Positions 52,814 to 61,105 of a stretch of 64,000 nt of DNA are shown in pieces (positions within the stretch are counted from its first letter, which is position 1; every line of letters begins with the position of its first letter). The translations under genes were made by a program, and so were the position numbers. Source of the stretch: a virus; the IMG/VR virus record IMGVR_UViG_3300037465_000558; one strand, 5' to 3'. Below the pieces are notes generated by a model. That model was not told the origin of the DNA. It saw only the letters and a list, made by a program, of their open reading frames with translations, and ran no database searches.

Positions 52814-53440
52814 ATGGACGGACTCGCCAAGATGGCTCCCCCCGCCTCCGACCAGCAGGAGGAGTCGGCGGCCAAGCGCGTGCGCGACGTGGCCGACCGC
52901 GTCTTCGACGGCCGCGAGAAGCTCAAGAATGCGGTCCGAGAGGCCCGCTGGGGCGACGTGGACAACGTCGTGGTCGCCATCGTCTCGATCGGGACGGGCG
53001 CCCACTACTTCGTCGACAAGCAGACGGGCCGCTTCTTCCGCACGGAGCAGCCCCGCTCGCGGAAGATCCAGTCCGACTCGCCCCGCGGCGTCATCGACGC
53101 CGACCGGGCTTGGCTCTTCCCGTTGCTGGCGACGGTCATCCCGGGCGGTGATGCCGTGCTCGCTCGCTACCAGGCGCCCAAGCCCGCCGTCGTGGGCCAC
53201 GCGCCTGTTCCGGGCGCGCCGCCTCCGCAGGCGCTCGGGCTCCGGGTCGAGAAGAAGACGCGGCGCATCGTTGTCGAGGAGACCGAGCAGGCAATCATGC
53301 TCGGACCCCACCAGATCGTGGGCATGCTCCGGGCTGCCGGGCAGAGCGTCCCTGACGCCGTCGGGATCTCGCTCACCGACGAGGGCTACGTGCGCGTCTC
53401 CTGGACGAGCCAGGGCGAGCCCGAGATCGAGGAGGACTAG
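52814..53440 (+). CDS. Hypothetical protein
   Basis: 208 aa, RBS present. Confidence 0.7.
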   Translation: MDGLAKMAPPASDQQEESAAKRVRDVADRVFDGREKLKNAVREARWGDVDNVVVAIVSIGTGAHYFVDKQTGRFFRTEQPRSRKIQSDSPRGVIDADRAWLFPLLATVIPGGDAVLARYQAPKPAVVGHAPVPGAPPPQALGLRVEKKTRRIVVEETEQAIMLGPHQIVGMLRAAGQSVPDAVGISLTDEGYVRVSWTSQGEPEIEED

Positions 53441-53444
53441 GACC

Positions 53445-54215
53445 GTGGCGACGGCGAGCGAGCGCGTCGTCGCCCAGGGCGACCTCGACGGGGTCTATTG
53501 GGAACTCGTCGAGGTCGCCCCGGACCAGGCGCACGGCATGGCCGCGTGCCAGGGGCGAAAGACGCAGAACATCCTGAGCGCAGCGCTCCTCGTGGGGCGT
53601 CCCGTGGGCAGGCTCCGGCTCATCTTCGACAAGGGAGAGGACACCATCGGGATTCCGTGCATCCTGCCCATGCCCGGCGAAGACTTCCTCTTTGCGCTCC
53701 CGTCCGTGGGTCGCTGGGACGGTGGCGTCTTCCAGCTCGATGAGGTTCCCGACCTCGTGAAGGCGATCGACGAGCAACGGCACGACGAGTCCGTGGAGTC
53801 GGCGCGCCGCGAGCGGAACAAGTCGGGCATGGACCTTGGCGTCTGCGACATCTGCGGCGAGGACTTGGTCCCAGGCGATCCGTGTGTGAACCTCCACCGC
53901 AAGGCCATCACGGCGGGCTGGCGCGACCTCGCCTATGCCCACATCCTCTGCGGGCTCCGCCCGGAGCGGCGTGATGCGTTCGAGCTTGGTTCCTACACGT
54001 CGCTCTGGTATCCGCGGGGCCCGGAGCCGCCCGAGCACAGCGAAGAGGAGACGGCGGACCTGCGCGCCGCCATGCACGGGCTCACCGAGTTCTGGAAGCG
54101 GCTCACGATACCCAACGAGAGACAGTGGCGCTTGCGGACCAAGAAGCCCACGGGAGTCGTTGCGGCATGGTGTCGCAAGATCGGCTCGCGGGCGCCGCTG
54201 CCGAAGGGGGTGTGA
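53445..54215 (+). CDS. Paralog family member 2
   Basis: GTG with GGAGGA RBS; CDICGEDLVPGD..AHILC..NERQWRL..VVAAWCRKIGS. Confidence 0.75.
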   Translation: MATASERVVAQGDLDGVYWELVEVAPDQAHGMAACQGRKTQNILSAALLVGRPVGRLRLIFDKGEDTIGIPCILPMPGEDFLFALPSVGRWDGGVFQLDEVPDLVKAIDEQRHDESVESARRERNKSGMDLGVCDICGEDLVPGDPCVNLHRKAITAGWRDLAYAHILCGLRPERRDAFELGSYTSLWYPRGPEPPEHSEEETADLRAAMHGLTEFWKRLTIPNERQWRLRTKKPTGVVAAWCRKIGSRAPLPKGV

Positions 54216-54216
54216 C

Positions 54217-54561
54217 GTGCGCGCGTGCTCGCTCTGCAAGCGTCGTGGCACGAATCACCAGGTGGTCGAGCGTAGGTTGCTCGCCTATCGCGGCGGCTTC
54301 TTCAAGACGCTTCTGTGTCGATCGAAGCGCGCATGCATCACGAGGTTCTACGCCAAGGCGAAGGCCGGCCAGGGCGGCGGGCACATGAGCCTCGATCGCG
54401 CCATCCGCGAGCTGGAGCGTCGCGCCCTCACAGGCGACCGTGCGGCGCTCCCGCTCCTGCGAGTCGCGTGGGAGCGGGCGCGCGCCATGGAGGGGAAGGC
54501 GCTCGTTGATGCCGTCTTCGCAGCCATGGAATGCGCGCGTCGCATTCGGGAGACGCGCTGA
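54217..54561 (+). CDS. Zn-finger plus helical-module protein
   Basis: CSLC..LC..C followed by MSLDRAIRELERRALTGD; could be two genes. Confidence 0.55.
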   Translation: MRACSLCKRRGTNHQVVERRLLAYRGGFFKTLLCRSKRACITRFYAKAKAGQGGGHMSLDRAIRELERRALTGDRAALPLLRVAWERARAMEGKALVDAVFAAMECARRIRETR

Positions 54562-55283
54562 TGGCTCGCGAGAGGATCGCCCAGGGGAGCCTCGCACAAG
54601 GCACGTGGGAACTGGACAAGCTCACAGGTGACGACCTCGTCACGACAATCGTTGCCCATGTAGGTCCAGCCCAAGCAACCCTCTCGGAGGTTCGGCGGAA
54701 AGGGTGTGAGTTAGGCAAGGTATCAATACGAGCTGCTGGCCGAATACAGCTAAATATGTCGGTTATGATCGCTGGTGACTCGCAAGGTGTTGTAATTCCA
54801 GTTCCACCAGGTGATGGTGTAAGCGTCGTGAAGTTTATCACTCTCTGTTTCGACGAACTCGGTCCGTGGCTGGAAAAACATGTCGTGCCGATTGTTCCTG
54901 CCCAAGGCGAAGTGTTGGTCAACAAGGGAATCTGCGACCTTTGCGGCGAGCCGTTCGTTGTTATGGACCCAATCATCATCTTCACGCGGCTTGCGATTGA
55001 ACAGACGTGGCGGGCTGTGTCACAAGCCCATGGCTTCTGCATCTTGAAGCCCGAGACACGGACCAGCTTCCACTACAACGGCTCTGCTTTTTGGGGGGAA
55101 TTTGCCGAGCGCGATGTCGCTGGTTGTTCCGCGACCAAGGCATTCAAACGCCTCGCGCGTGCCTGGGCGGCGATCCCGCCGACCGGCATCGGCGAGCGCG
55201 CTTGGCGGCTCCGCGTCCGCAGGGATAGAGAGGTCGTCGCGGCGTGGTGTCGCAAGATCGGGTCGAAGGTGCCCGCACTGTAA
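54561..55283 (+). CDS. Paralog family member 3
   Basis: CDLCGEPF..AHGFC..GERAWRL..VVAAWCRKIGS; visibly more AT-rich N-half. Confidence 0.75.
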   Translation: MARERIAQGSLAQGTWELDKLTGDDLVTTIVAHVGPAQATLSEVRRKGCELGKVSIRAAGRIQLNMSVMIAGDSQGVVIPVPPGDGVSVVKFITLCFDELGPWLEKHVVPIVPAQGEVLVNKGICDLCGEPFVVMDPIIIFTRLAIEQTWRAVSQAHGFCILKPETRTSFHYNGSAFWGEFAERDVAGCSATKAFKRLARAWAAIPPTGIGERAWRLRVRRDREVVAAWCRKIGSKVPAL

Positions 55284-55529
55284 GTGGAAGTGGACCAATC
55301 CTGGCGTCACGCACGCCGCGCGATGGAGGAGCAGGTAGCCATGGGTCGCCGCAAGGGCTGGAAGTCGTGCTGCGTCTGCTACACGCAGGCGCCTCCCGAG
55401 GAGATGTCGGGGCGCTACTGCCTCGCGTGTCGTGAGGTCTCGTCGCGGATCGCGAAACTCCATCGCGAGAGGCCGAGCGACCGGAGGCCCGAGGCGGCGC
55501 CCGTGGCGGTGAGGGCGAGGTTGGTGTGA
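55284..55529 (+). CDS. Small Zn-finger protein
   Basis: CCVC..YCLAC; start uncertain. Confidence 0.5.
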   Translation: MEVDQSWRHARRAMEEQVAMGRRKGWKSCCVCYTQAPPEEMSGRYCLACREVSSRIAKLHRERPSDRRPEAAPVAVRARLV

Positions 55530-55900
55530 GCGGCGAGATGCTGCGTGCGCGGCGCGCGGATGAGGATCCGAGGACGGCCCTCTGCGCTTGCGGCCACTGG
55601 GATCACGAGCACAAGCAGCGACACGGGGTCGACCGCCGCTGCACAGTTTGCACGTGCGACGAGTTCGACTGGGACGATTCGGTGTTGACGGAGGGCCGCG
55701 GGACTAGTATCGTTAAGGACCGATTAACGCTTGATTGGCGCGGGTTCCAGGCCGAGCAGGGGAAGCCGCTCCGGCGCGCCCGGAAACCGCGGGCTCGCGA
55801 CCGGATCGAGCGGGGCTCCCGGGGGTCGAAGCGCGGACCGCGCGAGGGGACACCAAGGCGACGAGCCAGGAACGCGAATACGGGCGGCGGTAGGCGATAA
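55526..55900 (+). CDS. Hypothetical protein with Zn motif
   Basis: CACGH..EH..CTVCTCDEF. Confidence 0.55.
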   Translation: MSGEMLRARRADEDPRTALCACGHWDHEHKQRHGVDRRCTVCTCDEFDWDDSVLTEGRGTSIVKDRLTLDWRGFQAEQGKPLRRARKPRARDRIERGSRGSKRGPREGTPRRRARNANTGGGRR

Positions 55901-55913
55901 CAGGAGCAAGAAG

Positions 55914-56150
55914 GTGGCGGTCAAAAAGACGACTTGTCCGAGCTGCGGGGCGCCCACGCGGGCCTCGGACGGCTACTACGACCCGCCGAGCCGGACGGCC
56001 TCGGCGCGCGCCGTCGATCGCACGGAGGAGGCGCTCCGCGAGTTGATGGAGGCGAGCGAAGACTGGGTTGCGGCGATGAGCGGAGGGTCATGGGACGAGA
56101 GCCTAGTGCGCCTTCGTCGCGCACTCGAAGCAGCGAGAGCGATCCTATAA
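55914..56150 (+). CDS. Small Zn-ribbon protein
   Basis: GTG 55914; TCPSCG. Confidence 0.5.
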   Translation: MAVKKTTCPSCGAPTRASDGYYDPPSRTASARAVDRTEEALRELMEASEDWVAAMSGGSWDESLVRLRRALEAARAIL

Positions 56151-56245
56151 AGCACTCGGGCGGTGGGTGGTAGACGACAAGGAGCAGAACACATGCGGAA
56201 GCGAAAGCGGACGAAGTTGAAGGTCGCCTGCGTGAGGGCGATCCT

Positions 56246-56962
56246 GTGAGCGACCACGCGACCCGAGCGGCCGAGCGCCGCGCCAAGACGGGCGGGCTCA
56301 AGGATGCAGCCGACGCGCTCGCGGCTCGCATGCGCTCGGGCGAAGTCTCCTGGGCGCGCGTCGAGTGGGCGGCCCGCCTCGGCCACGAGGTCGCACTGGC
56401 CGTCGTCGGGAAGCTTCACCCGGAGCGCGTGATCGACTGGTCGTCCTCGTGGTGGGACCGCGAGCACGCGATTCGGTCCGTCTGCGAGCTGCTCCACGAC
56501 CACTGGCAGCGCCCGCTGGTGGCGTTCGCCGCCGACTGCGCGGAGCGCGTCCTTCTGATCCACGAGAAGCGAAACAAGGACAAGGTGCCTCGCAGGGCGA
56601 TCGAGGCTGCACGTGCGTGGGTTGCTTGTCCATCGCCGGAGAACGCGGAGGCGGCGGCGAGGGCGGCGTCGGCGGCGGCGGAGGCGGCGGCGGCGGAGGC
56701 GGCGGCGGCGTCGGCGGCGGCGGCGAGGGCGGCGGCGTCGGCGGCGAGGGCGGCGAGGGCGGCGTCGGCGGCGGCGGCGGAGGCGGCGGCGGCGAGGGCG
56801 GCGGAGGCGGCGGCGGCGGCGTCGGCGGCGAGGGCGGCGGAGGCGGCGGCGGCGGCGTCGGCGGCGAGGGCGGCGAGGGCGGAATACGACTGGCAGCGGC
56901 TCCACCTCGCGGCCTACGCGCTGGGAGAAATCTCCTGGGAGGGGGCGACGCGTGGCTCGTAA
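56246..56962 (+). CDS. Imm5-like helical protein with expanded Ala-rich repeat
   Basis: FAADCAERVL..PRRAIEAARAW pattern followed by about 78 codons of A/E/R/S repeats and EYDWQ. Confidence 0.7.
   Translation: MSDHATRAAERRAKTGGLKDAADALAARMRSGEVSWARVEWAARLGHEVALAVVGKLHPERVIDWSSSWWDREHAIRSVCELLHDHWQRPLVAFAADCAERVLLIHEKRNKDKVPRRAIEAARAWVACPSPENAEAAARAASAAAEAAAAEAAAASAAAARAAASAARAARAASAAAAEAAAARAAEAAAAASAARAAEAAAAASAARAARAEYDWQRLHLAAYALGEISWEGATRGS
56645..56881 (+). repeat. GCG-rich coding tandem repeat (AAEAAAA / AARAA units)
   Basis: Imperfect repeats of GCGGCG(GAG/AGG/TCG) units. Confidence 0.9.
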
Positions 56963-58124
56963 GCGTCGCGGCCTCTCCGACGAAGACTGGGGGTTGGGCG
57001 ACCGGCCTCCCGCGCCCCAGCCCGCGGTCCCGGCCCTTCCGGCGGAGCCGCCCGGGAGGGGCGCGCTCGACCTCGCGCGACTGAGCCCCGAGGCGCGGGC
57101 GCTCATCGCCGGCTCGCTCGCGCCCGAGACGGCGCGCGCCTACGGCTACCACTGGCGCGTCTTCGAGCGCTGGTGCGCGCGCCGCGGGATCGCCGCGCTC
57201 CCCTCGCGCCCCGAGGCGGTCGCCGACTACCTCGCCTTCCGCGCGGCCCACGGCGTCCCGGCCGACGAGTCGGCGCAGGACCAGAAGCGGGACGACGCGC
57301 TCCGGGCCGAGGGGGATGGCTACGTCCCGCGCCGGACCTACGCCGAGCGGTGGCAGGCGTCGATGGTGAACCAGGCCGTGGCGGCGATCCGCCTCGTCCA
57401 CGAGGCCAACGGTCTCGACATGAAGCCGCGCGACCACTTCCCCGTGCGGAAGGTGCTCCGCGGGATCGCGCGCCTCGGGGGCAGGGTCGAGCGCAAGGCG
57501 CCGATCTCGACGGAAGACCTCCGGGCGGCGTTCTCGGCGCTCGGGGACGACCTCCGGGGGAGGCGCGACCGCGCGCTCCTCGGGATCGGGTTCGCGGCGG
57601 CGCTCCGGCGCGGCGAGCTGGCGGCGCTGGAGGTCCACGACGTCCGCGAGGACTCCTCCGGGAAGGGGATCGTGCTCGCGCTCAGGCGCCACTTCTCGGG
57701 CGCCGCGGTGGTCCCCGGGACGAAGGCGAACCCGGGCGGGAAGGTCGAGGAGCTGGTGGGCGTCGCGCTCGGCGAGCACGAGGAGTCGTGCCCCGTGCGC
57801 GCGCTCCGCGCCTGGCTCGAAGCGGCCAGCATCACGGCGGGGAGGATCTTCCGCGCCGTGCGCCGGAACGCCGTGGGGAAGCCGCTCACGCCCCAGAGCG
57901 TGGCGCTCGTCGTGAAGCGGGCCGTCTCGCGGATCGGGCTCGACCCCGAAGCCTACGGCGGCCACTCGCTCCGCGCCGGGCTCGCGACCTCCGCCCACGA
58001 GGCGGGGAAGTCCCTCCCGGCCATCGGCCGGCAGGGGCGGTGGAAGCGCTACGACACGCTCCTCGGCTACATCCGCGCCGTGGGCGTCTTCGACGAGAAC
58101 GCGTCGGAAGGGATCGGCCTGTGA
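56952..58124 (+). CDS. Tyrosine recombinase/integrase, Cre-like
   Basis: GTG 56952; RDRALL..ALRRGEL (R), GTKAN (K), GHSLRAG (HxxR), GRW (W), LGYIR (Y); N-terminal core-binding domain. Confidence 0.9.
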   Translation: MARKRRGLSDEDWGLGDRPPAPQPAVPALPAEPPGRGALDLARLSPEARALIAGSLAPETARAYGYHWRVFERWCARRGIAALPSRPEAVADYLAFRAAHGVPADESAQDQKRDDALRAEGDGYVPRRTYAERWQASMVNQAVAAIRLVHEANGLDMKPRDHFPVRKVLRGIARLGGRVERKAPISTEDLRAAFSALGDDLRGRRDRALLGIGFAAALRRGELAALEVHDVREDSSGKGIVLALRRHFSGAAVVPGTKANPGGKVEELVGVALGEHEESCPVRALRAWLEAASITAGRIFRAVRRNAVGKPLTPQSVALVVKRAVSRIGLDPEAYGGHSLRAGLATSAHEAGKSLPAIGRQGRWKRYDTLLGYIRAVGVFDENASEGIGL

Positions 58125-58140
58125 GGAAGGGAGGACTCCC

Positions 58141-58380
58141 GTGAGGCGCGAGACGATCCCTCCGATCGGGAAGGTCAGCGGTCGCGCGTGGTGCGACGGA
58201 CAGGGCGGCCACGCGTCCTACGCGACCGTGCGACTCGTGATGGACAAGCCGCTCCTCTGGGGTTGGGGCGCCAAACTTCCCCGACGCGACGTGAACGCGT
58301 GTCCCGATTGCGTGGAGAGGCTGGCGCGAACCGCGGAGGCCCGCGGCGCCAAGGTTGTCCGGCGGGAGCCCCTCTCGTGA
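58141..58380 (+). CDS. Small Zn-binding protein
   Basis: WCD..GH..ACPDC; GGAGG RBS. Confidence 0.6.
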   Translation: MRRETIPPIGKVSGRAWCDGQGGHASYATVRLVMDKPLLWGWGAKLPRRDVNACPDCVERLARTAEARGAKVVRREPLS

Positions 58381-59231
58381 GCGACTCTACCCTCCGCGCC
58401 ATGGAGCGCTCCGCCCTCGCCTCCGGCGCCCGCGACGACTGGCGCCGCTACTACGACGAGCGGCGGCGCCTCGGGCTCGCGCTCCCGAGCGGCGAGGCGC
58501 GCTGGGAGTTCGAGCTTCCGGGGCCCGCCCAGGCGATCGTGGGGGTGCGCGACCCGCGGTATGGGCCCGACGTCGTGGAGTGGGTCGAGCAGGAGTGGGG
58601 TCGGCTCGCAACGGGCGTCCTCGTCACGATCCGGGACAGCGAGGGGCTCGCGAGGGGCTCGTGGTCGTTTCGGGAGATCGCTCCCGGCGGCGGATCGCTC
58701 GACGTCGTGGAGGTCGGGCCGCGCGACATCCAGGGGAGCGTCGAGCGCCCCTGCGGGGCCTGCCGCGGCGCCGGGCGCCTGGAGCTGGGCGGCGCCTGCC
58801 TCGCGTGCGGCGGCACGGGCATCGTCCGCGTCGCGACGCCGCTCGACCTCGGGCCCCGCGCGACCATCACCGGGCCGGAGTTCCTGCACGAGGTCTACCT
58901 GCTCTTCCGGCGGGATCCCATGGCGGCGTACGCGGAGGCCATCGCCGAAGGGGTGCCCTTCGTCGAACAAGACAACGCCCGAGCGGTCGCCGCGGCAGAA
59001 GAAGCGCGCCGGATGCAGGCACACTTCGAGTCGAACCGCCCGCTCGATCCAGAGGCAGCCAATCAGGCGATCCGGGGCCTCGATCGCCTGCTTGAGGCGA
59101 CGCGGCAAGCGCTGGGCGAGCCCGAGCCCGGTCGCTTGGCGCCGCCTTTCAGGCACGTGTTTCGGCGGGGCACGACGATCCGAACGAGGATCCCGAGCGC
59201 CGTGGGCTGGGCGAGGGGGGTGAAGAAGTGA
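58377..59231 (+). CDS. Hypothetical protein with N-terminal helical module and CxxC..CxxC finger
   Basis: GTGA overlap; CGACRG..CLACGGTG. Confidence 0.7.
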   Translation: MSDSTLRAMERSALASGARDDWRRYYDERRRLGLALPSGEARWEFELPGPAQAIVGVRDPRYGPDVVEWVEQEWGRLATGVLVTIRDSEGLARGSWSFREIAPGGGSLDVVEVGPRDIQGSVERPCGACRGAGRLELGGACLACGGTGIVRVATPLDLGPRATITGPEFLHEVYLLFRRDPMAAYAEAIAEGVPFVEQDNARAVAAAEEARRMQAHFESNRPLDPEAANQAIRGLDRLLEATRQALGEPEPGRLAPPFRHVFRRGTTIRTRIPSAVGWARGVKK

Positions 59232-59542
59232 GCGATCCTGAACTGCGCGCCCTCGTGCGCGCCGTCGCCACGGAGCCGGTGGAGTCTCGCCACCTGAGCC
59301 CGATCCTACCCAGGCTGGAGATGGCGCTCCAGCGCGCCGGCCTCCTGGGCGACCTGGCGAGGCTCCCGGACCTCGGGCGCACACTCCGCGAGGCGTGGCT
59401 CACCGCGAACGACCGCGAGTGGAAATCGGGCGAGAACTTCCAGTCGTTCCTGACCGACGAGGAATTCGCCGAGCACCAGGCCGCGGAGCCAGCCGAGGTC
59501 GGGAGGGAGAGGCCGTTCGACCCGCACCGCGGGGAGGAGTGA
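59228..59542 (+). CDS. Hypothetical protein with N-terminal helical module
   Basis: 104 aa, GTGA overlap. Confidence 0.65.
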   Translation: MSDPELRALVRAVATEPVESRHLSPILPRLEMALQRAGLLGDLARLPDLGRTLREAWLTANDREWKSGENFQSFLTDEEFAEHQAAEPAEVGRERPFDPHRGEE

Positions 59543-59544
59543 GC

Positions 59545-59841
59545 ATGGTGAAGAAGAAGCGAGAGCGCCGCGGCAGGCCCAAGCTCCGCGCGCGCGATCG
59601 AAAGGTCCAGGTCATCGCCTACCTGCCGCGGGAGGTCCGCGCCGCCTACCGGAAGGCCGCGCGACTCGCGCGCGTGTCTCTCTCGTACCTCGTCGGGAAG
59701 ACGCTGGAGGCGTACGCCCCGGGCGGGCCGCGGTCGCAGCGCTTCAATCCCGAGGACGTCCGAGCCGCATCGACACCAAAGGCTCCCGAGCCGGCGGCCA
59801 GCCGCGGCGAGTCCGGGAACGCGCCGGAGGGGGAGTCGTGA
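59545..59841 (+). CDS. RHH-like DNA-binding protein with basic RGRP N-terminus
   Basis: RRGRPKL..VQVIAYLPREVRAAYRKAA..SLSYLV; GGAGG RBS. Confidence 0.6.
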   Translation: MVKKKRERRGRPKLRARDRKVQVIAYLPREVRAAYRKAARLARVSLSYLVGKTLEAYAPGGPRSQRFNPEDVRAASTPKAPEPAASRGESGNAPEGES

Positions 59842-59986
59842 GCGAGTCTCCTCGCCTGGGCGGCTCCCGGCCGGACCTCTTGTTCTAGTCGCTTTGTCGT
59901 TCGGATCTGGTTAGGTAGGAGCAACAAGTTCTAGAGGCGCGTCAAGTCACTGTCCCATAAGTGTCTATATGAATCTTTTTTCTGAG

Positions 59987-60015
59987 TTGCTTTTGTGTTT
60001 GTGGCGCACTACGCT
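59987..60015 (+). promoter_or_regulatory. sigma70-like promoter in an AT-rich intergenic island
   Basis: TTGCTT-N17-TACGCT upstream of the GGAGG RBS of 60066. Confidence 0.5.
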
Positions 60016-60065
60016 TCACGGAAAAAAAACAAGCCGAACGCGAACCCCGCGAGTAGGAGGCAACC

Positions 60066-60320
60066 ATGAGCGAGCACACCTTTGGGTTGGGGCCAGACTG
60101 GCTCGGCAAGAAGGCCAATGAGATCGCACGCAAACACGGCGCAACACTCGTAAACTACACCGACGCCCAGTGCAACTGCGGGCGCGGATGCCGTCCGCAT
60201 ACGTGCCAGAAGAGCCGGCGCCACTGGTTCTCGTGCCCCAACCTGGGGCACCCCTTCGACGCCGCGGTCTCGTCGTCCGTTCTCGCGGACCTCGCTGCGG
60301 CTGGAATCGTGACGCCATGA
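60066..60320 (+). CDS. Small Cys/His-rich hypothetical protein
   Basis: 84 aa, GGAGG RBS. Confidence 0.7.
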   Translation: MSEHTFGLGPDWLGKKANEIARKHGATLVNYTDAQCNCGRGCRPHTCQKSRRHWFSCPNLGHPFDAAVSSSVLADLAAAGIVTP

Positions 60321-61000
60321 GCTACGCCGAGCACGCCGAGCCCGAGCCGGCTCCCCAGCCCGCCCCGCGCCCGGCTCCCGTCCCCAACGCCTACACGCCC
60401 GAGCGCCAGGTGGCCGACCTCCGCATGCTCGTGGCCGCCCTCCAGGGCGAGGTGGCGCGCCTCCGGGAGCGCGTGGAAGCCGTCGAGCGCCGCCAGGCCG
60501 AGCCCGGCCGAGCGCCGCTCGGGTTCGCGCCGGCTCCCGCCCGGGAGGCTCCCTCGGGAGCCGAGGAGAGGCTCGCCATCCAGGTCGCACCACCTCCGGC
60601 CGGGCGCGTGGACCCCTCGCCGGGCCCGAGCGAGGCCGACTGGCGCCTCGCGTGCCGCTGGGTTCGGGGCGACCTCCACGACACGCTCGACCCCGAGCGT
60701 CAGACGGCGATCCTGGAGGAGACGTGGCGCCTCCAGGATGGCTATGGGGCGCCCGGCGCTACGCCGCCCCAGGGCTGGGACTGGAGCGGGATCCGGGATT
60801 CGAGCGACGCCGCCAAGGGGCGCATCGTCGGGCTCGTGCGCGCCATGCTCGCTGGCTGGGGCTTCGCGTTCGACGGAAACGCTCGGATCGAGCCCAAGGC
60901 CGAGCCCCGCAAACCGGCCCCCGCTACCGGCACCAAGCTCGGGAAGTGCCCGGCGTGCGGGCGCTACGCGATCCTCGCCGCGCACAAGTGCGCCAAGTAG
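60317..61000 (+). CDS. Hypothetical protein (Pro-rich, coiled coil, C-terminal CPAC..HKC)
   Basis: ATGA overlap. Confidence 0.7.
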   Translation: MSYAEHAEPEPAPQPAPRPAPVPNAYTPERQVADLRMLVAALQGEVARLRERVEAVERRQAEPGRAPLGFAPAPAREAPSGAEERLAIQVAPPPAGRVDPSPGPSEADWRLACRWVRGDLHDTLDPERQTAILEETWRLQDGYGAPGATPPQGWDWSGIRDSSDAAKGRIVGLVRAMLAGWGFAFDGNARIEPKAEPRKPAPATGTKLGKCPACGRYAILAAHKCAK

Positions 61001-61105
61001 CAAGCGAACCCTCGTCGCACCCGGGCGGCACTTCGCCGCCCGGCAACGCCGCAAGTAGGCGCCTGGCTCGGGGCTGTTCCCCGGGGGGCGCCAGGAGAAC
61101 GAACC

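Noticed and set aside
56645-56881. Collagen-like, poly-Pro or poly-Gly proteins in alternative frames
   Set aside because: By-products of the Ala-repeat coding sequence; only the Ala frame has coherent flanking domains.
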